Of a stretch of DNA of 64,000 nt, positions 1-13,471 are shown in pieces; positions within the stretch are counted from its first letter, which is position 1; each line of letters begins with the position of its first letter. This stretch comes from Proteromonas lacertae. Lineage: Eukaryota. Location: assembly GCA_002245135.1 (NCBI GenBank), contig NGBS01001175.1, positions 62,001-126,000 on the forward strand, in the 5' to 3' direction. Position numbers and translations under genes: made by a program. The notes beneath the pieces are model-generated. The model ran no database searches, was not told where the DNA came from, and was given only the letters and a program-made list of their open reading frames with translations.

Positions 1-1974
1 TTGGTATTTCTACTTCATTTTCAGTTCCATTATTATTATTATTATTATTATTTATATGTTCATGTAGAACATCTACTGGATTTATTCCACTATTTGTTAC
101 TTTTACAACATCTTTTTTTATTAATTGTCCTAATAATTCAGGTATATCGCTCAATTGAAAACAACTATTTGGATTGACTATTCTTCCTTTGCTCATTTGA
201 TATGAAAATCCAGTCTCTTTGTCTGTTACTGCATTTTCACACATTCTTATTCTCACGGCATATTGTAATGCTGGATGAAAATATGTAAAATCATGTAACC
301 ATTTATATGGAATATCAACATAATATGATTGTTTGGACTTTAAAAAATCAGGGAATTGTTTCTCTAATTTGCTATACACAAAATAAATTGATTTATCTAA
401 TATTGTAAAAACATCTTTATCTTTTGGATTACTAGCGTATGATAATATTTCTTCTTTTATTGTAGTGGGAAATCTTATTCTTTTATTTGCTGTATTTGAG
501 ATGTATCTATTAATAATTTTATTTAACATTATAATTATTCTTTTATTAGAACCCATTGAGAATTTCTTAAAAGTTTGACAATCTTCCCAAAAACTCAAAT
601 AATGATCTGTGTTATCTTGAGATAAATATAATCTAAAACATTCTCTATAAATATTATCTGTCATTATATGTGCTTCTAATTTTGGTCTTAAATTCTCATC
701 TTTTACTTCTAATCCTAGTGGATAAAATATTCCATGTGATGCAATATGAGCAAGATTAACAGTAAACGCAAATAATAATCTCTGTTTACCTAAATACAAA
801 TACTCGGATAGAAATATTTCCATTAAATAATAAGTTAACATTATACATGCTAAACCAATTCTCCATATTTGAAATACATAAACATTTTCAGATTGAGATT
901 GAACGTTATATAAAGTATAGAAATGGATTGTTATAAACCATGTTATAGCCTATATATATAATAATAATAATAATAATATACAGGTAAAAAGTAGATAATG
1001 CATATTGGATGACTATCACATAATGGCATTGTATATGTCAAACCACTCAACAATTCAATATTTCTACCAAATCCATAGTAATAATGATAACCAATTGCAA
1101 ATATAATAAATTCTAACACTAAAGCAGTGGCTAAATGAAGTGATAAATATAACCAATTATTCTTTATCTTCAACATTTTTATTTTTTCATAATACATATA
1201 GGTCGCTGTTGCACAAGCAGCTGAAGAATGAATTGTATGTCCGAATGCTCCAATTATTAAAACAACCAAACATTCTGTTTCATTATCAACAAAACTACGA
1301 GAAGCTTCAAATGCTGATATAAATACAGTTCCAAGTGCATATACTACAATAAAATGAGGAGGTAAATATTGTAGATAAATCCAATAGAGTTTAACAACAT
1401 TATAGACTGTATAAAACCACATTAAAGTAATTATTCCAAAGAATACATACAAGGCAATTGCTGAATTCTTTTGTAAATCTTTATTATAACAAGAAACTGA
1501 TTCATTCTCAGGAAGCGGTACTTTTAAACAAGTTACATTCTCTTTATATCTGTATGATACTGTCATATATGAATCTTCATTACATTCACCTTCAACTATT
1601 TCAAAACTATCACTATTACAATTATTAATTTCATTTACAACTTTTATATTTAAAAGTTGATTATCATCGGGATTATGTAAATCATAACAATAAATTGGTA
1701 TAGTTTCACCATCATATACTGTATCTGTGTTTGATAACCTGATTTTGATTGTAACTGATGACTTTTGGTTAGCTCTATATTGATTATTATCAGGCACATA
1801 AAATGATGCAGATGGCACATAGATCGAGACATTTTGGCTTCCTCTGTTAGAGATTATAAATTGCTTCATAGTTCCTGTTGTTTCATTCAGCTTCAGATGA
1901 TTGTTATCTAATGTACAATCAAGTGAATATGTGATGCATGAAAGATATACTACAAAAATGAAAATTTTATTCAT
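1..1974 (-). CDS. 7TM-RGS fusion protein: signal peptide, Cys-containing ectodomain, 7 TM helices, cytoplasmic RGS domain; 3' end runs off the window
   Basis: ATG at 1974 (MNKIFIFVVYL). A 32-nt intron (950-981) joins to an open exon reading AITWFITIHF...IFYPLG...IMTDNIYRECFRLYLSQDNTDHYLSFWEDCQTFKK...IINRYISNTANKRIRFPTTIKEEI...KQFPDFLKS, which matches RGS-box hallmarks (F..fL...FW; kYI; FlkS). Seven hydrophobic segments precede it. Confidence 0.8.
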
Positions 1975-2015
1975 TCGTTTTATTTTAGAAACGAATAGTT
2001 TTTTTTGAATATAGA

Positions 2016-2829
2016 ATGAATGAATCAACGATTATAGCGTGTAGTGGTGAGTATGAATTGGAAAGTATTAAGAGACTGGACATGTCAAACAAAGGTATGT
2101 TATTTTTATTTCATCTTATAGACATAAGCAAAATAGAACACCTTGAAAAATGTTTAAGTTTAACTGAATTAACACTAAAACATAATTATATATCAAATTT
2201 AGCTGGATTACTTTGTTTGAAAGATCAACTCCAATATTTGAATTTAGTAGGGAATAAAATAGAATTTGTTGGTGATTTACAATGTTTTACTCAACTAGAG
2301 GAAATTCACTTAGAAGGTAACAGTATACAGTCATTAGATGAAATACTCAAACTAAAAGATGTATATAATGCAGATATATAATATTAGTTACCAAAATTAA
2401 AAGCTATTAGTTTTAAGGATTATAATAATGTAGTTAGTAATCCAGTTTGCAATCATCCAGCATACATTAACACAATTTTGACTAATTTCCCAAATTTACA
2501 GTATATAGATGGAGAACAGATGTCTTTAAAGAAGGTACATATTGCTATGTATATAATATTGATATAGATGATCCAAGAAATTCTTTTAAACTCCATTTAT
2601 CCTACTGATACACTCGAAATACCAGAAATAAAGCCATGGTACAATGCAAATGATTTAAAATTGAAGGAAAAGAATAAAAAAGATGAAGAGACACTTGAAG
2701 AGATTGAATTAGAAAGTATATATTTATTATTTGTTTATAATCACTTTTATAGATAATTTAAATGAATGTAAAGAATTAATTGAACAATCAGACGCCATAA
2801 TAGACAAAATAAAAGCAAAATGTGAATAA
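2016..2829 (+). CDS. SDS22-type leucine-rich repeat protein, LRRC61-like
   Basis: SGEYELESI N-terminus, LxxLxLxxN repeats, LRRcap SNPVCNHPAY...FPNLQYIDGE; four ~27-35 nt introns; TAA ends at 2829. Confidence 0.75.
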
Positions 2830-2830
2830 T

Positions 2831-3165
2831 TTAAAAAATAGCCTTTCTTTTATTGTTTACTATTTCTAATTTTGGTTTTTTATTTGTTACTGGATGATAC
2901 CATGAGGTTTGATTTGTTTCTTGATTACCGAATGCAGGTCTTAATCCATTCTTTGAATCGCATAAACATACAATCCAACCAGACGGAAGTGATTTTCTAA
3001 TTTCTACTAAATCATCTTCAGTCCATTCTAAATTAGTATTTGTTGTTGCTGCTGTTAATGAATGTCTTTTTAGTGGTGATGGAACTGCCGATTTTGGTCT
3101 TCCATTCATTCTGGTTGTTGTGGATGATTTTGGTTTTGGTTTAGGTTTTGGCTTGGGTTTTTCTT

Positions 3166-3196
<31 letters not shown>

Positions 3197-6100
3197 CGTT
3201 GGTTTACTGCTCTTTTTATTTACAAAATCAGCCCAAGTATTATCTTTCTCTGTTTTTTCTCCTTCTTCATCATCATCATTTATTTCTTCATTATCTTCAT
3301 CTTCTTCATCTTTCCTTCTGCTACTGCTCTTATTGTTATTGTTATCATTATCATATCTATCTCTTGTTAAACTCATTTTCAATTCTTCAATCTCATTCTT
3401 TAATGATTGATTCTCTTTCAATAGATTATCTACCTTTTCTTCAGTCTTCTTTATTATATTTTCTTTCTCTTTCATTGTGCTTTTGAATGTCTTTAATAAT
3501 TCATCATTATTACTACTCTTTGATGTAGAAGATAATAAGTTATTATAAGACTTCTTAAGACTTTTAATTTCATTATTTAATGAAGAAAGAGTTCTCTCCA
3601 ATTCATCTTTCTTTGTTTTTTCTTTATTCAATTCATTCTTTAATCTTGCATTCTCATCCTCTAATCATTATTATTATTATTATTATTAACACTGTTATTG
3701 AGGTTAATAGGTGGCAAATTTAACTCTACTTTCACCTTCTTTGGTGGACTTATATTTTGTATTCTATTCCTTGCAGATACTGTCAATTCATTATCACTAT
3801 CATCATTATTATCATTATCATTATCATTGATAATAACTTCAGATACATTATTATTATTAACATTATTACTATTCTTCTCATCATTATCTTCATCTTCTTC
3901 TTTCTTATCATTTCCTCTTGCTTCAAATGATAATTCTAATAATATTTTACCACATTCTTCATCATATCGATATAAATCATACCATCTCTTCTCTGTTCGA
4001 CTATCTAATGAAGTGATTGTACTTACAGGTATTTTACAACTACCTACTTCACTGTAACCTGCATTGTTAATCATTACTGTCACTGTTGGAGCCATACTAT
4101 CACCTAGTTCAATATGTTCGATTAATAATTCTTCCCATATCTTTAAGAAATTTTCAGTCTAATAAATAATAATAAAAATATATACTGTTACTCCTGTATC
4201 ATCAACTTCTTTTGATAATTTATCAATCATCTCTTTAATGTCAGGATCTTTATCTGAATTCAATATTGACATTTGACATGCTAATTGTGGATCATATGCT
4301 GATATTTCATATCTGCCATTTATTCTTCTAAATGTAACAATATAATATTTAGCAGTAGCTTTCTCTTCTTCAGAAAATACAGTTTTATTGTATTTATAAA
4401 CGGATTTAATTCTTGGAACTGTACCATCAAATACTAACACATCACTGAAACAATACAACTTTGTCTTTCTTATCACAAATATAATTCAATGAAAAATCAG
4501 TTACAAAATATGGATTACTTCCTCCATCCAAACAGGCTTGACCTCTTTTCCATGATTCGTCATTATCTGGTGCATTTAATCTAATCGAAACTGAAGGATT
4601 TCTAATCTTCGATAAATGAGCAGCAAATTCAGACCAATTCATTATTTCTCTATAATCAGATTTAGTTGAACCAGTTGATTCAAATACAACATCAACTCGG
4701 CTTGACATATTAATCAATCTTGTAGTTAACAGTGTATCTGATCTTAAGGATTCTAACACTTTATGTTTTAATGCTCTACTACCATCAGCATCTACTTCAC
4801 GGCTAAATCTTAAAGCACTTTGACTGATATTAACGAAGAAATCAAATCCTTTTTCAAATGCATCAAATGCTTTCTGTAAATCATCTACAAATCTTACACT
4901 TTCTCTTAATATCAATGTTCTTTTACCTGAATCTTCGTATTGTTTAAACTCTAATCTTCCACATAAATCATTCATTATATATTCAAGGACACGATCTGTA
5001 CGTTTCGTAACTAATGCTGGAACTTTGGTGAAATAATATTTATCTAAATCGATAGGTGTTTGTTTCAATGTTAATTTATATAATGACGATTCATCAGGAT
5101 CAAAAGCTGTTATTAATAATTGTGGTTTTTTATCACTTGGTATTGTATATCTTATTCTAACTAAATATAATTCATTATCTGTATTTTGTTTATCCATTCT
5201 ACGCAATTGAGCTTGTAACTTTGATTCTAAAGATGATACATATTTGGCTATTAATAATGTCTCAAAGTCTATTTCTCCTAACTTTCTGAATCTTAAACCA
5301 TATTTTTCAAATACAATTCTTAAGTAAAAGAACGTTGAACCATAATCAGTTGTTAAATCATTCATTGTATTAGCATTTATATCTATTTATATAATATATA
5401 TTAAAAATAATTATACTTTTAAATGCTCTTGATATAGTAAGACAATCTGGATCATCATACATCTTTCCAACAATAATAATTGCTTTAATAAACAAATTTA
5501 TTGGGAAAAATGGATTTATAGTCGAATTATTATCTGCATCATCATTATTTGACTTTTGTAATATATTTGTATTATTATTATTATCACCATCATTTTCACC
5601 TTCTTTATTTTCATTATCTTTCTTCTTCTCTTCATTATTACCATTTTCATTTTCATCTTCTAAATCTGTTGTTGATCTGTTTAATAATACAACGCATGTA
5701 TTCACTATTTTATTCCACACTTCCTTCCTTTGATATTCATTAGAAACATCAGGAACAAGTTTTCTTAATGATTTATATAGCTCTCGATCTACTTTGTTTA
5801 CATTATCTATCAATGACTCAGCTATTCGTGGATTATTCATAAAAGACATGAATAACTCTTGATTACCGTTAAACATCAATCCTAATCTACTTGCTACATT
5901 TGGATTAACGTTCAAGCCAAGTGTTAATAAGATTTGACACCATTTCTTTGGTACGGTTGATAGCATATCATCCCAACCTTCTAAATAAGCAACACTATCA
6001 TTAAATACCTTTTTATCAGTTGATATTGTTGATAAACGTATTAAATTCTCTGATATTACATCTGCATCACCTCCATTGACAAAATCACAGAATTCTGCAT

Positions 6101-9100
6101 AATCTATATCACCATCACCTGATGTATCAAATCGAATAAGAAGAGCTCTTTGTTCAATTGGACTATTATATGATAATAATAAAATATTGAAATAATACTT
6201 TAAATTAAATCCAATATTCTTCATTCCAGCTGCAAATTCATTAGCGTTGATGATATTGTCTTTATTAGCATCAAATACAGCAAATGCACTATGAAAGTCT
6301 AACTTATTATCTTTAGTAATAGCTTCATCATCATTTTCTTTATTTCTTATTTTGATTAATCTTTCATACATTAAATATGATGTGGATGGCATTTCAGCTA
6401 AGGATTTGAATTTGTTCCATACTTTTTCTGGTTTTGGAGCGACATAACTAGCTTTCTCAGCTAAAGCAAATTCAAATAACTATTCAATAATAATAATAAT
6501 AATAATATATTTATACTGATCCAATTTGTTTCATCATCCAATTATTAGAAGCACTTTTAACATCTTCAATATGTTGTTTAATATCATTTTCATCCATATA
6601 ATTAATACCATCTAATTGGACTGTCTTGTCCTTTAAATTATTGGTTATTGGCTCTATATAATCATAAATAATAACAAGCAGATATATATATACTTTGTTT
6701 ATTCTTAATATAAATAGCATAACAAATTGGACATAATTTAATACTTAAGGAATGATAACACTCATAACAAATATATGATTTACAGTTATTACCTTCACAA
6801 TGATAATTCTTTACTCCAAATTTATCTTTACCATTTATTGAACTAAATTCTCTGTGACATTGAGCACAGCTATCTTCAATCACTTTACCTAGTGTAAATG
6901 GTGTTTGTACAATAGCTTTTAGCATAATTATTAATCATTAAACTACGAGTTTGTCTAAGACTATCTAATGAAGGACACTATTTAAATATATATTTAGATA
7001 TATATACAGCTTCATCATAATCATCATCATTATCACTATTTTCATTATTTTTCTCTCTTTTTTCTCTTTCTTTTCATCAGTAATATCAAATTCTTCAGCT
7101 TTCATTTCACTGTTCAAATTATGGGGAGATGATTGTTGAGAATTGTTTTGACCAGCAATCTATTAATAATAATAATAATAATAATAAAATACTTCTCTAA
7201 AATACTCCACAATTGTATTAAATGGTTTCTTCATTGGAGTTCCATCAGGTTTCTTCATATTTGAATAATCAATAGGTAAATAGTTAATAATCAATGATAA
7301 ATTCAATCCAGTCATAAACACACCCAAAGTAGCAAATTCATACTGTAATTGAGGTATTATCTGTTGATATTTCATACTTTTTTCCCTATAGTCTTTATAT
7401 TCAGAATCATCTTTATTTTGCTTTAATTCTCTTATCTTTTCAAATGAAGCACTATACCATATATATGGTTTATATTCTGGTAGTTGTAGATTATTTATCA
7501 ATTTCAATTCTTTTAAAGTCCCTTTTTGTTCCATTTCTACAAACTTTGTCGCAGCTAATCTCAACTTTTGTAAACCACTTTTCATGAATGGGAAATTATT
7601 GTAAAATTTTGGAACTTTCTTCAAGTAATTCTCTTCACAACTTGGTTGATAAATCCATGATATAAAATCCTCAGTATCATCTCTTATTACATTCTCTGTT
7701 AATACTAAATCTCTTGCTTCAATTACATTTACATTAATAATACCATCTCCTTCTAGTTGTGCAAATTCTAAATCATCAATTTCTTTACTATATTTCTGTT
7801 TCATTACTTCAACTTCTCTTCTTTGTTTTTCAAATTGAAATAAATCCACTATATCTGATAGATTATATCTATTATTTTTTCCACCTAATATCTTTACAGT
7901 ATCATCAGGTAAATCACATAATTGAAAACCAATGTTAATTAATGCAGACTTGAATACTTTCAAACTAATATTTTCATTCAATTCTTGTTGTGAATAGTTA
8001 GAATAATCTTGCAATACCTTCTCAGGGTTTATTCCTCTTCTATCACATAGATTCATTACATCTTCTCTTGCCTTTTCATAACGTGATGCTATGTAAGTTG
8101 CAGCTTGTATAATCATCATCTATTAGTTTATTTGGATTAAATATTGATACATCTGTCTCACCAATTGAACGAGTAGAATTCAATTTACTTGATACTGTTT
8201 TTGCATCTAATGACAATGATAAGTTTTTATTGATAATATTATTGGATGATGATGAAATTCTGGGTGTATTGATATTACTACCATTAATTGAAGTCAAATT
8301 TGATACTTCTTCTTCCTCAGCAATAATTTCTGAATCACTAACTTTACATTTATCATCTGAACAATATACAGATAAATAGAATAATCCAGTTTTACCTCTA
8401 TCAAATGTACTTGGTATAATAAGATAAGATCCTTTCTTTAATGTAATAAACATTGTCACAGTATCATGGTAAGTGTAAGATGGTTGCGAATAATAATTGT
8501 CTTTATCAGTATTTTGAATGAATTCGCCTACTTTTTGACTATTAAAATCAAATGAATATGGGACAATATGCCAACCAATTACATTGAAATGACCTCTGTA
8601 TGTTTTACCGTATAATGATCGAGTATCTTCTTGACATACTATACAATAATAAGATTAAATAAAAGAAAGATAGATAATAATAATAATAATAATAATATAT
8701 ACATTGTATAAATACACCAGTTCCATCTTCCTGTATATCTAACTTATACCTTGGATTTAATTTCCATGTTAAACAACTATTATTTCCACCACTATTCTCC
8801 GTTGTCCATTCTCCACTAATTCTCCATCCTCTATAATTATCTGGAAATGTCATACAACAGAATAAATGTGTATAATATTTCAACCAATCATTGAAGTCCA
8901 TGAAGAATATACCATCATTACCTACTTCCTAATTCATCATCTACTTGATAATCTACTGATGATTTAGCTGCAGTAATTTCTAATAAAAATAAGATAATTA
9001 GATAATAAATACTTCGTTTCTTCTTCATCATACATCTTGATACTAAATTCTTCTTTATTTCATCATAATATTTCTCAGTGTCTTCATCAGTATCACTCCA

Positions 9101-10392
9101 TTTACCAGTCCACTCTCCATGTCCCCAAGGATTTCTTAACTCTATTAATTTCACTTTGTTATTATTCACTAATATTGTTGATACACCTAATATACTGTAA
9201 GCATGACGTTGATTTAGACCATTTCCTGCACTTGCTTCAACCTTACCATTTACATCTATTTAAAAAATAAATATTTAAATATTAAATTATATATATATAT
9301 ATATATATACCATCTGGTTGAATAGAACATCCTAACATTGATCCTTCTTTTATTCTTCTTTCTATCAAGTCATATAATCCACCATCTGCTATTAATCTAC
9401 CTATAGTTGGATTGTAACCAGTATGTGGTGGTTTTAATACCAATAATTCTGAACAATTCGCTGTTAATTCTTTCAATGCTCCGTCTATATATCCACCTAT
9501 TAAACTATCATAACTACCAGCTAATTTGGCATAAGCTTTCTCTATAAAAGGAACCCATAGTTCATTTGGATCACGACATTTACCAAATACAGGCTATATA
9601 TATATACAATATTAATAAATAATAACAATATATACTTTACCACTTGGACTATTGAAGCAAGGAATTCTATCATCTATTATTACATATGTATATTCGAAAT
9701 TCTATTATATATTATTATTATTATTATTATATACTTTATAAAATCTGCATACCCATATGCCTGCATCTCTCCATTTCAAATTACCTATCACTCCTTTTGA
9801 AGGCTCTTTTTGATCTTTCTTATTTTCATCACAGTTTATAAAGAATATATTCTCTAAATAATTTTTAGCGTTTGCTAGTACAGCTAATCCACCTAAAAAC
9901 CAACAATCACCTAATGTGCCTTGTATTACATCATTTGGTTGATATCCTCCTTTAAATAACTCTCCTTCTTCACAAAATGTTTCACCATCGTCTTCATCTC
10001 CACCTTCACCAAATTCGTCAAATTCATCTTCATCCTCTTCTGTATTCTCGACATTATCAGAGACTACTTTATATGATGGTCGTTTCCACGCTAAATGTTC
10101 TGGATTTGGATAAGATGCTGTACCAGCTGGATCTGGCATTTTACCATCTCTATATAATGACTTAGCACCGTATTCATCTTCTTCTGTTGGTCCAAAATCG
10201 GGATCTTCCCATTTTTTGCCTTCTTTACTACACATTTCTGCTAATCTATTTACCTATACATATAATCTTCCTTCTTTATACAAAATTATATATGGAAGCC
10301 TCTCCTGATTTCATAGCGCTTCTACCTGATTTTCCTGAGCCAGCAACTTTAAATTTTCGAATGGTCTGACAATCACCTACCGGCTTTGACAT
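2831..10392 (-). CDS. Giant multidomain calpain-like cysteine protease (CysPc, domain III, Cys-rich Zn finger, EF-hands, C2, coiled coil, C-terminal WW)
   Basis: Catalytic motifs QGTLGDCWFL, GLNQRHAYSIL, LRNPWG; WVPFIEKAYAK; domain III GEWTTENSGG...NPRY and YLIIPSTF; EF-hands DANKDNIIN and DTSGDGDID; WW-like LPSGW...TSWYHP. ORFs are joined by short introns (e.g. 8120-8150). Two junctions (~7050, ~4460) need a 1-nt indel, so the 3' half could be a separate gene. Confidence 0.75.
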
Positions 10393-10546
10393 TAAAATTC
10401 AAATCTATTAACACAAAAACAGAAACTCGAGTATATCGAGCTTTTTTTCATTAAAATTTAATATTACACTTCCTCTTTAACCCATTCTCAAAAATTGATA
10501 ATAAAAGTGAAAATTTATCTTAAACAATTAAAAATATTGGAAAGAT

Positions 10547-11683
10547 TCATATCTCATCATCATCTTCATTATTAATTGTTACTTTAATCACCTCTGGCAA
10601 TAATGAATCAGGATATTTCAAGCATTGTGGAATTTCTTCCCAATTGGGAGAATGAGTCTTCTTTATCCATTTAAAATCTTTCACTTCATTCCACAGATTA
10701 CTGTTTCTATCCAAACCACTATCCTTCCAATCATTTTCTAAACCATCATATTCATTATTGAATATCCCAAACCTCAATCCATTACAATCTTCAATTATTG
10801 GACCACTGCTAACATGACAATAGAAATTACTCATATAAGTATGATGTATTCTAGTTTGTCTTGAAATATAATAGAAATTATTATTCTTAGCATTCTCTAT
10901 AAATAATGAGGAAGTAATTGGTCCAGCATATAAGTTACTGTCATTCAAATTATATATTCGAATAGCACCAGTCCAATCACAACTATAATTAATATATAAT
11001 TAATATAGAAATACATTGCAATAATACAGTTTTTACAATTGGATATTTTCACATCTTTCCCTTTTAATTCGCCATTTTTAACAATAATTGTTTCATTCTC
11101 TTTGTTCTCTATTATGTATTCATTATCTACGGCTTCTTCTAGTATTTCATTTACTTCTATTTTTTATTAGAATATTTATATTTAAATATATACTTTTATT
11201 TATTGTTTCTTCATTTTCTGATGATTTGTTTGTATTATTGTGAGCTTCTTTGTTTCTAAAAGAAAATTTCTTTCTTGGGATATGCTTATTTTTAGTTTCT
11301 TCATATTTTGATAAGAGTCTGTTTATAAGGTTTAATGATTGCTTCGAATCATAACTAGATAGAAAATAACTACAATCTGCCACATATTGTCTTAATTCAC
11401 TTATATCTGATTGTATATCACTTAATCTTTTTGCTTTATTATCGTCTCCTGTTGTAGTAACAGATAAAGACTCTAATTGAGATAGCAATTCTAAATGTTG
11501 TATTAAATCATTGTATGTATATATACTTTTCTCTTGCTCATTTAATTTCTTCCAGTATTTATCTACATTCTCAGAAGGATTTATTCTTTCTTCTATTTCA
11601 GCTTTTCTTTTGGCAGATCCTTCTAATCGAATTTCTTCATTGTTTAAAATTTTGTTTTTAACAATTTCGTTTTTATCTGCCAT
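10547..11683 (-). CDS. TBCC: Tubulin-specific chaperone C (tubulin-folding cofactor C)
   Basis: N-terminal helical domain (YVADCSYFLSSYD, PRKKFSF); C-CAP domain (GPITSSLFIE, SRQTRIH, SGPIIEDC, WNEVKDFKW...SPNW). Confidence 0.92.
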
Positions 11684-11836
11684 TTAATGATTAAAAATTT
11701 AAAAATAAAAAACGGATTAATATATCTGATCTTGTCCAATGCTCGTTAAAGCTTGTTTATTGTAACGAATATATTTTAGAGATAATGATTTGAAAAAATT
11801 CATTAAAAGAAAATCTATATATTAAATAAAAAGTAA

Positions 11837-13413
11837 TTAAATATTATATTCTCTACCATATATTGTATTTCTTCTAATTCTACACAACTGACCTCTTAAA
11901 CTATTTTCTATAATGTCTCTATTTGTTTGAACTTCCATAAGTTGGCAACGACTTTGACAATCATGATTTAAGTATTTCTGCTTTATTCTTTCACACAATT
12001 CATTAATTAAAGAATGACATAATAATAAAAGATTTATCAAAAAAGATATTTCTTTTAGCTTCATTTTTTGCTTCATTTTTATTCAATTTCTTCATTTTTT
12101 CTCTTTGTTGTTCTGTCATACTGTCCTCATATTTCGAAAATAGAATTTGATTTACCTCATTTTCATTGATTTTATATTTATGATCTTTATCTTGAATGAC
12201 TGAAGGAAGTGTTGAATATTTTCCATCATATTCATACCACTCTAATCCTTTTTTATTCAAATACTCAGATTTGGGGTTTAATCTTTCTTTGATTTCAATT
12301 TGTTCGCCTTCAACACTAAAGGAAAAATAAATCATACAACTAATAGAATATATACTTTTGAACATATCCTAATATACTTTCAAAATCATTCTTTCTTACT
12401 AATATAACATGTTTCTTTTCTGGCAATTCTGGTAATTGAGGAGAATCTAATTCATTTCTACAATGGATAATATCAAGTATAATTTCTTTTGTTAGTTTTA
12501 ATGGCTGTTCTTTTTCCATTTTCTTTTCTTGTTTCATATTCTTTCTTGTTTTATATCCTCTATATACACTTTGAATTTTTATAGCTGATTTCTCTTCGTT
12601 CTGAATTCACTTTATTTTCTTCCTCTTCTTCATTGTCTAAATTGTAATCTACTGAAGGTGATTCATTCGCAACATTATTATCGTTTTCATTCTCATTTTC
12701 ATTCTTTGAAGTTTCTGAGTTTCTCTCCACTGAGATTATAATCTACTGAAGGTGATTCATTCTCTACATTATCATTTTCTTCGTGTTGTTCAACTTTCTT
12801 TTCTCGTTTCATATTCTTTCTTGTTTTATATCCTCTATATACACTTTGAATCTTTATAACTGATTTCTCTTCGTTTGATATCCACTTCTATTATTCTTAT
12901 CTTCTTCTTCATTGTCTAAATTGTAATCTACTGAAGGTGATTCATTCGCAACATTATTATCGTTTTCATTCTCATTTTCATTCTTTGAAGTTTCTGAGTT
13001 CTCTCCACTTGAAGATTATAATCTACTGAAGGTGATTTATTAGCCTGATCATCATTCTCACCTTCTTCATGATTCTCCTTTTTCTTTTCTTGTTTTATAT
13101 TTTTTCTTGTATTATATCCTCTATATATACTTTGAATCTTTATAGCTGATTTTTCTTCTTTTATATCCCTTCTATTATTATTATCTTCTTCTTCATTGTC
13201 TAAATTGTAATCTACTGAAGGTGATTCATTCGCAACATTATTATCGTTTTCACCATTCTCATTTCCATTCTTTAAAGTTTCTGAGTTTTCTCCACTTAAG
13301 TTATAATCTACTAAAGGTGATTCATTAGCCTGATCATCATTCTCACCTTCGTGTTGTTGTTCTTCTTCCCTTTCTTCTTCTTCGCCTTCACTATTATTAT
13401 TACTTTCACTCTG

Positions 13414-13471
<58 letters not shown>

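Noticed and set aside
3120..4057. Plus-strand Ser/Leu-rich ORFs (also 13529, 23824, 34177, 42268, 63478, etc.)
   Set aside because: Antisense shadows of acidic or Asn-rich coding sequence on the minus strand.
8915..9060. Apparent frameshift or stop in the calpain catalytic domain (similarly at 62452-62462)
   Set aside because: Resolved by 28-nt introns (GTAGAT...ATTAG giving AAKSS-EVGNDGIFF; GTAATG...ATTAG giving DE-NYHWIMIIKG).
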